A DNA stretch of 64,000 nt from an uncultured Candidatus Saccharibacteria bacterium (lineage in GTDB: Bacteria > Patescibacteriota > Saccharimonadia > CAZBQI01): positions 15,810 to 79,809 of the forward strand of contig CAZBQI010000004.1 of NCBI GenBank assembly GCA_964494105.1, read 5' to 3'. The notes below the pieces were generated by a model that searched no databases, was not told where the DNA came from, and saw only the letters and a list, made by a program, of their open reading frames with translations. Both the position numbers and the translations under genes were made by a program. Positions 9,515 through 20,622 of this stretch are shown piece after piece; positions within the stretch are counted from its first letter, which is position 1; the number at the start of each line of letters is the position of its first letter.

Positions 9515-12500
9515 TTAGAGTTTGTCGTGATACTCTTGGATCGTCTGCACCTGAAGGTTGTTTTTTTGGAGTGAACCAATCGCCTCGACTGTCGCATGGG
9601 CAGCTGTCATTGTAGTCGTGTAGGCGATTCGGTTGGTAACTGCCAGGTTTCTTAGGGTAACTTCATCCTGGCGAGGATTAGCGCCACTTGCGGTGTTAAT
9701 GACCAAACTAATCTTACCTTTCTGAATTAAGTCGCCTGCATTCGGGTGACCCTCTTGGATCTTCTTTAGTCTAGTTACTTTTAGACTACTTTGGTTTTCT
9801 AGAAAGTCGGCTGTACCACTGGTAGCGGTGAGCGAGAACCCTTTTTTAGCCAGCGACAGTGCAATTTTTACAAGCTTTACTTTGTCACTATCTTTAACGC
9901 TTAAAAACACCACTCCCTTCAGTGGTAATGACACATTTGCGCCCAACAGGGCCTTGGCATAAGCAGAATTCGGATTGGTGTCGATTCCCATAACTTCGCC
10001 TGTAGATTTCATTTCAGGGCCCAGCGCAATATCTATTCCGGTAAATTTTATAAACGGCATTACAGCCTCTTTTACGCTGTAGTAAGGAGGAATTATTTCC
10101 TTGGTAAAGGCTAGTGCGCGCAGTTTTTTACCGGCCATTACCTGGCTGGCTAGTTTAGCCAACGGCACTCCGATGCTTTTTGACACGAACGGAATTGTTC
10201 GAGACGCGCGCGGGTTCACTTCTAAAACGTAAATTTCGTTATCCTTGATGGCAAATTGAATGTTCATCAAGCCAACGACCGCGAGTTCCATGGCCAGGGC
10301 AGTGGCCTGTGCCCTGACTTCTTTCAAGAGGTGAGAAGCTAAATCGATTGTTGGCAGGTAGCAAGCAGAATCACCCGAGTGTATGCCGGCTTCCTCGATG
10401 TGTTGCATGATGCCTGCGATAACAGTAGTTTGACCATCCGAAATTAAATCAACATCGAGCTCAACCGCGTCTTCTAAAAAGTGATCAACAAGCACAGGTT
10501 TGTCAAAAGATATCAAATGCGATGCTCGTTCAAGGTAGTCTGTTAGCTGTTCTTCGGAGTATACAATCTCCATCGCTCGTCCACCCAGCACAAAAGAAGG
10601 GCGTAGCAACACCGGATAGCCAATTTTATTGGCGTATTCCTTCACTTTAGCTGATTCGTATTCGCTGGCACTTGGAGGTGACTGCAGGTTTAATTTTTTT
10701 AGTATTCGCGTGAATTGTTTTCGGTCTTCGGCTGCATTTATTGCCTCTGGCTGGGTACCAATTATTTTTACGCCTGCAGATTTAAGTGCGCTGGCAAGAT
10801 TTAACGGCGTTTGACCTCCAAATTGCACAATAACGCCATCCGGTTTTTCAACGTCTACAATATTTAATACGTCTTCTAAGGTGACTGGCTCGAAATACAG
10901 TCTATCCGAAGTGTCATAGTCGGTAGACACAGTCTCTGGATTCGAATTTATCATTATTGTCTCATAGCCGATTTTACTTAACGCAAAAGCCGCATGACAA
11001 CAACAATAATCAAACTCTATACCCTGACCGATTCTATTTGGACCGCCACCAATTATTAGTATTTTCTTTTTAGTTGTAGGTACTACTTCGCTTTGAGTTT
11101 CATAGCTCGAGTAATAGTAAGGGGTATATGCTTCAAATTCACCACCGCAAGTGTCAATTAGATGATAGGTGGGAATAATGTTGTGATTTTTTCGCCATGT
11201 GCGCATTTTTTGCTCACTAATCTGAAAAATTTTACCCAGCTGTATATCTGAAAATCCGTATGTTTTTGCTTGCATAATTAACTCACGTATTTTTTGATTT
11301 GATTGCCTGGATATCGTAGTTTTTCTTACAGCGAAGTTTTTGGATAGCAAGGTCATGCTTTGTTCGAGTTCAATAATTTGCAAAATTTGATCTAAGAACC
11401 ATGGGTCGACACCGGTTTTATTGTGCAACGCTTTAATGCTTGTGCCTTCGCGGAGAGCGTCGGCTATTAGAAATATTCGATCAGCGTGTGGAATTTCTAT
11501 TTGTTGCCACAGATTGCGATTGTTTTGAGGATTTTCTAAACCATGAACGCCCACCTCTAGTCCGCGCAGACCCTTTTGTAGGGCTTCTTTAAAGTTGCGC
11601 CCAATGGCCATGGTCTCACCGATTGCTTTCATCTGGGTGCCAAGTATTGGGTCTGCACCGGGGAATTTTTCGAATGCGAAACGAGGTATTTTTACCACAC
11701 AGTAATCGAGGGTTGGTTCAAAACTAGCCGGAGTTTTCTTGGTAATGTCATTTTGCAGTTCATCAAGGGTGTATCCAACCGCTAGCTTGGCGGCAATTTT
11801 TGCTATTGGGAAGCCGGTTGCTTTTGAGGCCAGAGCACTAGAGCGAGATACTCGGGGATTCATTTCAATCACTACCATACGATCGCTATTCGGGTCGGTC
11901 GCGAATTGAATATTTGAGCCACCGGTCTCGACGCCAATTTCTCGGATTACTTTAATGCTGGCATCACGCATTCGCTGGTATTCTCGGTCAGACAGAGTTT
12001 GAATTGGGGCTACGGTTATTGAGTCCCCGGTGTGAACCCCCATTGGATCAAGGTTTTCTATCGAACATACGATTACCACATTGTCGTTTTTGTCGCGCAT
12101 AACTTCCATCTCAAATTCTTTCCAGCCACTGAGGTTTTCTTCTATAAGAACTTCGTTATTTAAAGACAAGTCAAGTCCGTGAGATACGATTCTTTCCAGG
12201 TCTTTGGGGTTATTCGCAAATCCACCCCCACTACCGCCGAGCGTAAAGCCGGGTCGAATTGCCACCGGATAGCCAATTCGCTTGGCGATTTGCTTAGCCT
12301 GGGACACCGTATGGGCGATTGAACTGCGGGGGACATCCAAATTTATGCGTCTCATGGCTTGCTTAAATAGTTCTCTTTCCTCGGCTTTCTTGATGCTACT
12401 AAGGTTGGCGCCAATCATTTCGACGTTGAATTTCTTAAAAACTCCGTTTTCTGCCAGCTGAACAGCGGTGTTTAACCCGGTCTGTCCACCCAGTGTCGGT

Positions 12501-12760
12501 AGCACCGCATCCGGCCGTTCGCGCCTAATTATCTTCTCTACGGATACCGCCGTGATTGGTTCGATGTAGGTTTTGTCGGCCATTTCCGGGTCAGTCATGA
12601 TTGTGGCGGGGTTAGAGTTTACCAATATTACTTCATAGCCTTCTTCGCGCAGAGCTCGGCACGCTTGGGTACCTGAGTAGTCAAATTCACAACCCTGGCC
12701 AATGACAATTGGTCCCGAACCAATAATGAGAATCTTTTTTATATCTTTACGCTTAGGCAT
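9515..12760 (-). CDS. carB: Carbamoyl-phosphate synthase large subunit
   Basis: [30 protein letters not shown]; duplicated ATP-grasp domains; MGS domain. Confidence 0.98.
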   Translation of the reverse strand: MPKRKDIKKILIIGSGPIVIGQGCEFDYSGTQACRALREEGYEVILVNSNPATIMTDPEMADKTYIEPITAVSVEKIIRRERPDAVLPTLGGQTGLNTAVQLAENGVFKKFNVEMIGANLSSIKKAEERELFKQAMRRINLDVPRSSIAHTVSQAKQIAKRIGYPVAIRPGFTLGGSGGGFANNPKDLERIVSHGLDLSLNNEVLIEENLSGWKEFEMEVMRDKNDNVVIVCSIENLDPMGVHTGDSITVAPIQTLSDREYQRMRDASIKVIREIGVETGGSNIQFATDPNSDRMVVIEMNPRVSRSSALASKATGFPIAKIAAKLAVGYTLDELQNDITKKTPASFEPTLDYCVVKIPRFAFEKFPGADPILGTQMKAIGETMAIGRNFKEALQKGLRGLEVGVHGLENPQNNRNLWQQIEIPHADRIFLIADALREGTSIKALHNKTGVDPWFLDQILQIIELEQSMTLLSKNFAVRKTTISRQSNQKIRELIMQAKTYGFSDIQLGKIFQISEQKMRTWRKNHNIIPTYHLIDTCGGEFEAYTPYYYSSYETQSEVVPTTKKKILIIGGGPNRIGQGIEFDYCCCHAAFALSKIGYETIMINSNPETVSTDYDTSDRLYFEPVTLEDVLNIVDVEKPDGVIVQFGGQTPLNLASALKSAGVKIIGTQPEAINAAEDRKQFTRILKKLNLQSPPSASEYESAKVKEYANKIGYPVLLRPSFVLGGRAMEIVYSEEQLTDYLERASHLISFDKPVLVDHFLEDAVELDVDLISDGQTTVIAGIMQHIEEAGIHSGDSACYLPTIDLASHLLKEVRAQATALAMELAVVGLMNIQFAIKDNEIYVLEVNPRASRTIPFVSKSIGVPLAKLASQVMAGKKLRALAFTKEIIPPYYSVKEAVMPFIKFTGIDIALGPEMKSTGEVMGIDTNPNSAYAKALLGANVSLPLKGVVFLSVKDSDKVKLVKIALSLAKKGFSLTATSGTADFLENQSSLKVTRLKKIQEGHPNAGDLIQKGKISLVINTASGANPRQDEVTLRNLAVTNRIAYTTTMTAAHATVEAIGSLQKNNLQVQTIQEYHDKL

Positions 12761-13865
12761 TTGTATTTACCTTGGCTCGTTTAATATTTTCTACAAACTG
12801 CTCAAACAGATAAAACGAATCATGTGGGCCGGGCGCAGCTTCCGGATGATACTGCACGCTAAAGGCCGGGAAGCGAGTAGAGCGGATACCTTCGCAGGTT
12901 TGATCATTCAGGTTAATGTGAGTTGGCTTAATGTCATTTGGCAGTTTCTTTTGGTTAATGGCAAAGCCGTGGTTTTGAGAAGTAATCTCAATTTTGCCAC
13001 TGGCTAAGTTTTTGACAGGGTGGTTCGCGCCGTGATGTCCAAACTTAAGTTTGTATGTCTTGGCGCCGAGTGCGGATGCCAGCATTTGATGCCCAAGGCA
13101 AATACCAAATAATTGAATGTTCATCTCGAGGAGACTTTTTGTTGTGTTGATTACATATTTAACCGCTGCCGGATCACCAGGTCCATTAGCAAGAAATATG
13201 CCATCCGGTTTTTCTGAAAGAATCTCCTTTAGGTTACTGGTGGGTGGCATGATGGTCAATTTGCATCCTAGTTTTTCGAAAGACCGAAGAATATTGTGCT
13301 TTACGCCGGTATCAAGCACAACAATGTGATACTTGCCTCGCCTGTTCCATTGGTATTTTTTAGTCACCGCTACTTCACGAACCAAATCGCTACCACTCAT
13401 AGATTGTGACTTAAGCTTGGTAATGGCCGGCTTTATGAGGCGTTTGTCTAAAACTATGGCGCCTTGGGTGGCCCCAAGCCTACGAATCTGTAAAGTCAGC
13501 GCCCTGGTGTCGATGCCCTCAATACCGGTAACCTTATTCTTACTAAGAAAACTGGCCAAATCTGTGGTGGCGCGGTAGTTCGAGATAGCTCGCGAAAGCT
13601 CCTTCACAATGAAACCGCTCAAATACACTTTGTCAGATTCGTTATCTAAATCGTTAATGCCGTAATTTCCAATTAACGGGTAGGTCATGCAGACCAATTG
13701 ACCCCTATATGATGGGTCGGTGAGCACTTCCTGGTAGCCACTCATGGCGGTATTAAAAACCACCTCGCCTGAGGTGGTTGATTTACTGGAAATGTCGCCA
13801 AATGCTTTTCCCGAAAAGCAAGTGCCGTTAGCTAGCACTAGGTAGGCTGTTTTTGTATCAGCTAT
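12753..13865 (-). CDS. carA: Carbamoyl-phosphate synthase small subunit (probable ATA start at 13865; alternative GTG at 13913)
   Basis: [28 protein letters not shown] and QYHPEA; GGAGGAG lies 6 nt before an in-frame ATA. Confidence 0.95.
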   Translation of the reverse strand: MADTKTAYLVLANGTCFSGKAFGDISSKSTTSGEVVFNTAMSGYQEVLTDPSYRGQLVCMTYPLIGNYGINDLDNESDKVYLSGFIVKELSRAISNYRATTDLASFLSKNKVTGIEGIDTRALTLQIRRLGATQGAIVLDKRLIKPAITKLKSQSMSGSDLVREVAVTKKYQWNRRGKYHIVVLDTGVKHNILRSFEKLGCKLTIMPPTSNLKEILSEKPDGIFLANGPGDPAAVKYVINTTKSLLEMNIQLFGICLGHQMLASALGAKTYKLKFGHHGANHPVKNLASGKIEITSQNHGFAINQKKLPNDIKPTHINLNDQTCEGIRSTRFPAFSVQYHPEAAPGPHDSFYLFEQFVENIKRAKVNTNA

Positions 13866-13950
13866 CTTTGACTCCTCCCAGACTCTTGATACTTCAATGT
13901 ATGATACTCTCACGCAAGCAGGCTCGCAATAGAAATGTTACGATATGCGC

Positions 13951-14883
13951 ATGAAGTACACTATCAAGCCATATAATTCCGGCTTCCTAAATGTCGGCGA
14001 TGGCCATCAGCTATATTACGAGCAATGTGGCAATCCAAAGGGGTTTCCTGTGCTATATGTACATGGCGGTCCAGGGGCGGGGTTCCGTGATAAAAGCAAA
14101 GACTTCTTTTCTCTGGAGAAAATCAACTTAACTCTGTTCGATCAGCGTGGTGCTGGTAGGAGTAAGCCCTTCGCAAGCATAGAAAAAAACGAAACTAGCT
14201 ACCTCATTGCTGACATGAATAAGCTGCTAGATTACTTAAATATCAATAAAGTATTTTTATTCGGGGGGTCGTGGGGCTCAACTCTATCGCTGGTTTATGC
14301 TATTCGAAATCCAAAGCGTGTAACGGGAATGTTACTGCGAGGAATATTCTTAGGTGCCGATGCCGCTAGTGATCATTTCCTTAACGGAGGGATAAAGGAT
14401 TTTTTTCCAGAGACATGGGAACGATTCTCAGCTTTAGTACCAAAGAGTAAACAGAACAACGTTGCTAAATATTACTATGATAAGATGCGGTTTGGTACTC
14501 CGGCAGAAAAGAAAAAGTACGCTTATGAATGGGCATTTTATGAGGCGTCAATGCTTAGTCTAAAAACTGATCTAGAAAAAGCAAAGGCCAACATGAATGA
14601 ATTTCCCTATAAATCTTTGGCGCCACTGGAGGCGCACTATTTGCTCAATGGCTGTTTCTTACCGAAGGACTACATTTTAAAAAACGCAAAGAATATCAAA
14701 AACATCCCAACGACAATTGTCCACGGGCGATATGATTTCGTGTGCGAACCTATAAACGCTTATAAGCTTCATACAGTCTTGCCAAAATCTAAACTAATTT
14801 TTACTACAGCTGGCCACCATTCATCTGACCCCGAAACAAGAGACACGCTGAAAATAGAAATGGCAAGGATGTCGAAAAAATGA
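13951..14883 (+). CDS. pip: Proline iminopeptidase
   Basis: HGGPGAG, FDQRGAGRS, GGSWGSTL, HGRYD and AGH; start at 13945 or 13951. Confidence 0.92.
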   Translation: MKYTIKPYNSGFLNVGDGHQLYYEQCGNPKGFPVLYVHGGPGAGFRDKSKDFFSLEKINLTLFDQRGAGRSKPFASIEKNETSYLIADMNKLLDYLNINKVFLFGGSWGSTLSLVYAIRNPKRVTGMLLRGIFLGADAASDHFLNGGIKDFFPETWERFSALVPKSKQNNVAKYYYDKMRFGTPAEKKKYAYEWAFYEASMLSLKTDLEKAKANMNEFPYKSLAPLEAHYLLNGCFLPKDYILKNAKNIKNIPTTIVHGRYDFVCEPINAYKLHTVLPKSKLIFTTAGHHSSDPETRDTLKIEMARMSKK

Positions 14884-14884
14884 T

Positions 14885-14961
14885 TGGTGGATCCGAGAGG
14901 ACTCGAACCTCTGACCTCCTCAACGTCAATGAGGCGCTCTAGCCAACTGAGCTACGGATCC
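14885..14961 (-). tRNA. tRNA-Val(GAC)
   Basis: Reverse complement GGATCCGTAGCTCAGTTGGCTAGAGC...CCTCA-TT-GAC-GT-TGAGG...GGTTCGAGTCC...CCA. Confidence 0.95.
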
Positions 14962-15192
14962 TCGTCGCAGCTGACTGTCGACTTTCGTTTGCTTGTGGTC
15001 TTTCGCAAACTACAGTCTTTCGCAGCGGCTCCTCTCAAAATTACAAACCAAGCAGTAGCTGTTTGTAATTTTGTAACTAGACTCCATATCTATGTTACGA
15101 AAGGCAAGGGATATCAGCAAGGGGATGGCATAGAAAAAGCCGCTTCAAAAATTTGTTAAAGCGGCTCCACCTATTTTTTTGTTTGCTTATTA

Positions 15193-15221
15193 AATATAGC
15201 TCAATAGAAAAACTAATGCAA
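15193..15221 (-). promoter_or_regulatory. Sigma70-like promoter facing tRNA-Val
   Basis: TTGCAT-17 bp-TATATT on the minus strand. Confidence 0.5.
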
Positions 15222-15562
15222 TACTTTTGTGTTCATTATATTTACATTTTATTCATGACCTCTGTAACTACAGATATATAAAGCTAATGTCTAAAAAGCC
15301 GGAATGGAACCGGTGTAGTGGAGTTTGGGCCGGATAAGTATAGTTGTTGTAAAAAATACTAACAGAGGTAATTCATTCAATTAGTTGTTTAATTACCTAC
15401 AAAATGTAGCGTTTCCCAAGGTAACGAACTCCCGGGCTTTGAATAATATGAAAATTGCAAAAAACAAGCTTTTTTTGTTATGTATACAATTTTTTAGGTA
15501 GTTTAATAGTCGTTGCTGTGGAGTATTTAGTTTAGGATGCAATATAAGCTATAATTTATTGA

Positions 15563-17389
15563 ATGAGTAAGAAGCAAATGGACCCTCTATATGCAATGCG
15601 CCATTCTCTGGCTCACATTATGGCTACAGCCATTCAAGGTCTCTGGCCTGAGGCTAAGTTTGGTGTAGGACCGCCAACCGACAATGGGTTCTATTACGAT
15701 ATAGACCTGGGTGATTATTCATTGACACCCGAGGATTTAAACAAACTTGATATTGAAATGCATAAAGAGATAAAAGCTAATCACGATTTTAAGCAATCAC
15801 ATAAGAAGTTAGCTGACGCTCTAAAGTGGGCAAGAGAGAGTAACCAGGACTATAAGGTCGAGCTTTTAAATGACCTTAAGTCACACGGCACTACCTCTGC
15901 CAAAGATATTGATGCCGCTACGCTCGGCATAGACACGGGCGATTCAAAAGTAGATGAGGTATCTTTTTTTACCAATGGTGATTTCACCGATCTCTGTCAG
16001 GGCCCGCACGTGGCTTCAACTGGCAAGGTGGGGGCGTTTAAACTCGAAAAACTTGCCGGTGCTTACTGGCGTGGAAACGAAAAGAATAAGATGCTACAGC
16101 GAATTTACGGTGTAGCCTTTGCAACAAAACAGGAGTTAGATGAATACCTTAGGCTTCAAGAGGAAGCTAAGAGACGAGATCACCGTAAGCTCGGGAAAGA
16201 ACTTGATTTGTTTACTTTTTCGGACTTAGTGGGAGCGGGCTTACCCCTATATACACCAAAAGGTGCAATTATTCGCAACAAACTCAAAGAGATGCTATTT
16301 ACCACACGGCGAAATTACGGGGGGCTGGAGGTGTCAATTCCGCATATTGCCAAGATAGATCTCTATCAGAAATCCGGCCATGCCGAGAAGTTCGAAGAAG
16401 AGCTTTTTACAGTAAAAGGGCACTACGGAGATTTTGCATTAAAACCAGTAAACTGTCCGCATCACATTCAAATTTACAACAGCAAACCTCGCAGTTATCG
16501 TGATTTACCATTGCCTTATGTAGAATTTACTACTCAGTACCGAGACGAAAAACCGGGGCAAATAGGTGGTTTATCTAGAGTACGTGGGTTTACGGTCGAC
16601 GATGGCCACACGTTTTGTACTGTCGATCAGATCAAGCCTGAGGTAGAAAACATCTGCAACGTTATCAGAGAATTTTATTCTAGTATTGGTATGTACGGAG
16701 ATCACTGGGTGTCGTTGTCACTACGCGACCCAGCAACACCAGAAAAGTATATTGGCAAGCCTGAAGGCTGGGATAAGGCCGAAGCTATGCTAAGGGAGAT
16801 AAGCGAAGAAATGAAGCTAGATGCGAAGCCCATGGAGGGCGAGGCTGCCCTATATGGTCCTAAGCTAGACTTCATGTTTAAAGACGCCACAGGCCACGAC
16901 ATTCAACTTTCAACCATCCAGCTAGACTTTGCCACACCCGGCAGGTTTAATCTCGCATACGTAGACGAGAAGGGCGAAGAACAGCCACCGGTAATCATCC
17001 ATTCTGCCATCGCTGGTTCGTTTGAGCGGTTCATGGTTGTTTTGATTGAAAAACTTGGCGGACACTTCCCGTTTTGGCTAGCTCCAGAGCAAGTCAGAAT
17101 TCTAACCATAAATGATGAAGTCAAGGAATATGTTGCTGATTTATGTAAGACTTTTGATAATGTTGTGCTAAATACACCTCTGAAATACAATGAATTACGC
17201 TATTCCGTGGATGATCGGAACGAATCACTCGGTAAAAAGATTCGCGAGGCCGAAACACAAAAGATACCAGCCATCATTGTAGTAGGTCCTCGTGACGTAA
17301 AAACAAATTCTGTTAATGTACGCACAAAAGCCGGTGAAAAATCTGTAAAACTATCTGAAATTGCAGACTATTTAACAACATTAACATAA
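15563..17389 (+). CDS. thrS: Threonyl-tRNA synthetase (lacks N-terminal TGS domain)
   Basis: RHSLAH, DLCQGPH, RDHRKLG, KPVNCP and YGPKLD. Confidence 0.97.
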   Translation: MSKKQMDPLYAMRHSLAHIMATAIQGLWPEAKFGVGPPTDNGFYYDIDLGDYSLTPEDLNKLDIEMHKEIKANHDFKQSHKKLADALKWARESNQDYKVELLNDLKSHGTTSAKDIDAATLGIDTGDSKVDEVSFFTNGDFTDLCQGPHVASTGKVGAFKLEKLAGAYWRGNEKNKMLQRIYGVAFATKQELDEYLRLQEEAKRRDHRKLGKELDLFTFSDLVGAGLPLYTPKGAIIRNKLKEMLFTTRRNYGGLEVSIPHIAKIDLYQKSGHAEKFEEELFTVKGHYGDFALKPVNCPHHIQIYNSKPRSYRDLPLPYVEFTTQYRDEKPGQIGGLSRVRGFTVDDGHTFCTVDQIKPEVENICNVIREFYSSIGMYGDHWVSLSLRDPATPEKYIGKPEGWDKAEAMLREISEEMKLDAKPMEGEAALYGPKLDFMFKDATGHDIQLSTIQLDFATPGRFNLAYVDEKGEEQPPVIIHSAIAGSFERFMVVLIEKLGGHFPFWLAPEQVRILTINDEVKEYVADLCKTFDNVVLNTPLKYNELRYSVDDRNESLGKKIREAETQKIPAIIVVGPRDVKTNSVNVRTKAGEKSVKLSEIADYLTTLT

Positions 17390-17391
17390 GC

Positions 17392-17700
17392 GTGATCTCA
17401 GAAGAATTTAAGGAACGGGTTTTTGCTTTAGTAGGGAAAATACCTCAAGGTAAGGTGATGACGTACGGGCAAATAGCTGCTTTTTGCGGTGAACTACGTG
17501 CAGCCTGGGAGGTTGGGCAGATCGCACACTGTGGCCCAGATGAATTACCTTGGCAACGGGTCGTTAATAAGCAGGGCGGATTAGCTAAAGGCTACCCAGG
17601 CGGGCGAGAGGCGCAAAAACAGCAGTTAGAAGCAGATGGAGTGCAGGTGAACACAGAATTTATCGTTGATTTGAATAGATACCTGTGGAACCTGTACTAG
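17392..17700 (+). CDS. Alkyltransferase-like (ATL/YbaZ, MGMT family) protein
   Basis: IPQGKVMTYGQIA; PWQRVV has Trp in place of the active-site Cys. Confidence 0.85.
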   Translation: MISEEFKERVFALVGKIPQGKVMTYGQIAAFCGELRAAWEVGQIAHCGPDELPWQRVVNKQGGLAKGYPGGREAQKQQLEADGVQVNTEFIVDLNRYLWNLY

Positions 17701-17799
17701 CCTCAGTAAAATAATAAGCTTATGCTATTGCGTGAACAAATAATTTAATGCTAAAATGGTATTTAAATTGTTATTCAATGCGCTTAAAGCGGGGATAAA

Positions 17800-20580
17800 A
17801 TGAATAGAAAAACAGGCTCAAAAAATTCTCCATACGTAAAATCAACGCTCTGGCCGGTGTTATTATTGCTGTTAGCATTGTTTACCGTTGTCGGGGTTAG
17901 TGCTCAGAGTGGCGTGTTGTTTACGGTTTATGACGACAGTGTTCAAGCGGTTAAACTAGTAGTAGGCCCTCGTGGACCCGCTGGAGTAGCCGGAGCTAAT
18001 GGCGCAAATGGCCTGAATGGACTAAACGGCACCATCGGTAAAGACGGTGCAAGCGGAGCTAACGGAGCTAACGGAGCTGCAGGTGCTACTGGTGCCCAAG
18101 GTGTTCCAGGTAGCAACGACTGCATCAGTGGCATTTGTGTCTCCCGCCAAGTTAATACCCCTGGCACCCAAGAAACAGGCAACATAAATATCGATGGTGC
18201 AATTCTAGCTGATAGCCTGAATGTTACTACGGTTACAGCTACAACTCTAGCTGGTAATGGCTCAGGACTAACCTCGCTTAATGCCAGCGCCCTAGGCAGT
18301 GGTACAGTTTCAGATTCCAGACTGAGCGCTAATGTGGCTTTATTAAATGCATCTAACAGCTTTAGTGTTGGTCAAACAATCTTGTCTGGTGCAGCTGGCA
18401 CAACAGGTCTTATTGTAAAAGGCGCTGCTTCACAAACAGCTAACCTGTTTGAAATTCAAAATTCGACTGGATCAGCATTAGCTTACATAAGCTCCAGTGG
18501 AGATATATTTGCCAACAGATATATTTATGCGTCGTCGCAGCTTTACACAGATAGACTTACAGGTTATTCGGCACCGTACGTAACGCTTCAAAATACTGGA
18601 GGCCAAGATACTAACTTCATCCTCGGAACTTCGACCGGTACAAAGATCGGCACTGGAACTAGCCAGAAACTAGGATTTTGGAATGCTACCCCAATAGTAC
18701 AGCCTATCGCTAGTACTTCTTTAAACGCATTATTAGAAACAACTGGGCTTAGAACTGCAGCCGCTACTACAGATCCATCAATTATTATTAAGGGCATAAG
18801 CTCTCAAACAGGTAATCTAATGGAATGGCAGAACTCAGCTGCAACAACAAAGGCATACATTGATGCATCTGGAAACCTCGGCTTCGATGCAAACCAAGTT
18901 CGGGGCATTTACTGGGACGGTCCGACGTTTGCCTCCCTAATGATGAACGGAGTGAATGGCGTTGTCGTTACCCCTTACAGTGCCGGTTATGCAGGTATGA
19001 CTATCCAAGGCCGAGCCGCACAAACCGCCAACCTCCAAGAATGGCAGAACTCAGCTGGCTCGGCGCTAATAGCTGTCAATTCGGCAGGGCGCCTTACTTG
19101 GGGGGCTGATGGGCATGCGCAATCGTTTTTTGTAGATTCCAATCACCGATTCTGGTTCAACAATGACCCAGGCTATACAGGTATGTACATCCAGGCTAGC
19201 GGTGTTCAGGGACAGATAGTTGGAAACCAAGGGCTACTATTTACAAACCAAACCCATGCCGTATCTGTTGCTGTTATGGGAGTGTTAGGACAGACTTTAG
19301 ATCTTCAGCAATGGCAGAACTCGGCTGGGACCAAACTTGCTAGCGTGACTTCAGCTGGCCGGATATATGCCGGAGATAGCTCCACAACTACCTATTCATA
19401 CATTGCACCTGATGGCTCAATTGGAATGAGAAGTGCTGGTAATGAATGGGCGTTTACCTACGCTTCTACTGGCGTAAACCTAAATACAGCCATAGGTGCG
19501 TCAGGCTTTATGCCGGGGGGTGTTGGTACAACTCCCGGAAGGCTAGATACAGGCGGCGGCGGGTTGTCATTATCTGAGAGGTTTCAAGATGTCTATATTC
19601 GGAACTTTAGCCCCGGCTTTACAGTAGCGCAGTTTGGTACGGCCAGCGGTAGTACTGTTGCACAACTACTTACACCAGTGGCCTCAGGAAAGGGATTAGT
19701 TATCAGGGCTAATGCGACAACCCCTGGGAATCTACAGGAATGGCAAAATTCGGCAGGCACAGTATTGTCGCGCATAACCGCGGCAGGCGATCTCTACACA
19801 CCAGCAGGGTCTGTAATTGCTCTTGGCTCCCAGTATCTCTGGAATTCAAATGGAATTAAATACAACGTAGACGCAGGTACCGCCCATACGTTTTTTGTTG
19901 GTGGCACCGAAGTCATGCGAGTTGACAGTACTACTAATGTTGGGATAGGTGACGACACATCTCCTGATGCAAAACTTGACGTCTCCAACACCAGCACGGC
20001 CGGGGCCGTCTTGCAGCTTACCAACAGTGCCGGTACGTGTGACCACACCCCGACTGCCGGTGCCGAAACCGTCAGCTGTAGCTCCGACGCTCGCCTCAAA
20101 TCCAACATTACCGATGCAGCCAGTGTGCTCAGCGAAATCAATGGCCTTAAAATTCACGATTACACCGTAATTGCTAGTGGACAGCAAACAACCGGACTGA
20201 TTGCGCAAGAGGTAATAAACACCAACCCCGAAATGGTCCACATGGGTGAAGATGGCTACTACAAAGTTGATAGCTACAATTCATGGAAAATACTCAAAGG
20301 TATACAGGAGCTCAGCACCAACGCCGATGACCTGCAAACCACATTTACTAGCGCTCTAGAAAAAGCTAACGGTGATATTTCAACAACTAACGACATCCTC
20401 TCTGCACTTGGCTTGCGAGTAGACGACCTGTCGGACAAGCTAGAGGAATTTGCCACAAGGTTAAGCGAACACGACGACCGGCTTAATGCGCAAGACACTA
20501 AGATTCAGTCGCTCGAAGCAGAGATCCAAGCTCTTAAACAGCAGTTCAGCACCGGTTCGGCACCGACCACTAGCAACTAA
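17800..20580 (+). CDS. Surface fibre protein: signal/TM, collagen-like G-X-Y repeat, five internal repeats, S74 intramolecular chaperone, coiled coil
   Basis: GPRGPAGVAGANG...; repeated QTxNLxEWQNSAG; SSDARLKSNI...GLIAQEV (S74). Confidence 0.85.
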   Translation: MNRKTGSKNSPYVKSTLWPVLLLLLALFTVVGVSAQSGVLFTVYDDSVQAVKLVVGPRGPAGVAGANGANGLNGLNGTIGKDGASGANGANGAAGATGAQGVPGSNDCISGICVSRQVNTPGTQETGNINIDGAILADSLNVTTVTATTLAGNGSGLTSLNASALGSGTVSDSRLSANVALLNASNSFSVGQTILSGAAGTTGLIVKGAASQTANLFEIQNSTGSALAYISSSGDIFANRYIYASSQLYTDRLTGYSAPYVTLQNTGGQDTNFILGTSTGTKIGTGTSQKLGFWNATPIVQPIASTSLNALLETTGLRTAAATTDPSIIIKGISSQTGNLMEWQNSAATTKAYIDASGNLGFDANQVRGIYWDGPTFASLMMNGVNGVVVTPYSAGYAGMTIQGRAAQTANLQEWQNSAGSALIAVNSAGRLTWGADGHAQSFFVDSNHRFWFNNDPGYTGMYIQASGVQGQIVGNQGLLFTNQTHAVSVAVMGVLGQTLDLQQWQNSAGTKLASVTSAGRIYAGDSSTTTYSYIAPDGSIGMRSAGNEWAFTYASTGVNLNTAIGASGFMPGGVGTTPGRLDTGGGGLSLSERFQDVYIRNFSPGFTVAQFGTASGSTVAQLLTPVASGKGLVIRANATTPGNLQEWQNSAGTVLSRITAAGDLYTPAGSVIALGSQYLWNSNGIKYNVDAGTAHTFFVGGTEVMRVDSTTNVGIGDDTSPDAKLDVSNTSTAGAVLQLTNSAGTCDHTPTAGAETVSCSSDARLKSNITDAASVLSEINGLKIHDYTVIASGQQTTGLIAQEVINTNPEMVHMGEDGYYKVDSYNSWKILKGIQELSTNADDLQTTFTSALEKANGDISTTNDILSALGLRVDDLSDKLEEFATRLSEHDDRLNAQDTKIQSLEAEIQALKQQFSTGSAPTTSN

Positions 20581-20622
20581 CCCTAACTCAGACAAGCATT
20601 CTGGGTGTGATAGGCTCTATTT

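Noticed and set aside
14884-15159. 91-aa ORF MVDPRGLEPLTS...
   Set aside because: It is the antisense reading of tRNA-Val and its leader.
15230-15562. T-box riboswitch before thrS
   Set aside because: No T-box consensus (GGTGGNACC) is present, and thrS has a leaderless-type promoter.
17800-20580. Prophage implied by the S74 tail-fibre domain
   Set aside because: No capsid, terminase, integrase or other phage genes are nearby, and the protein has an export signal.
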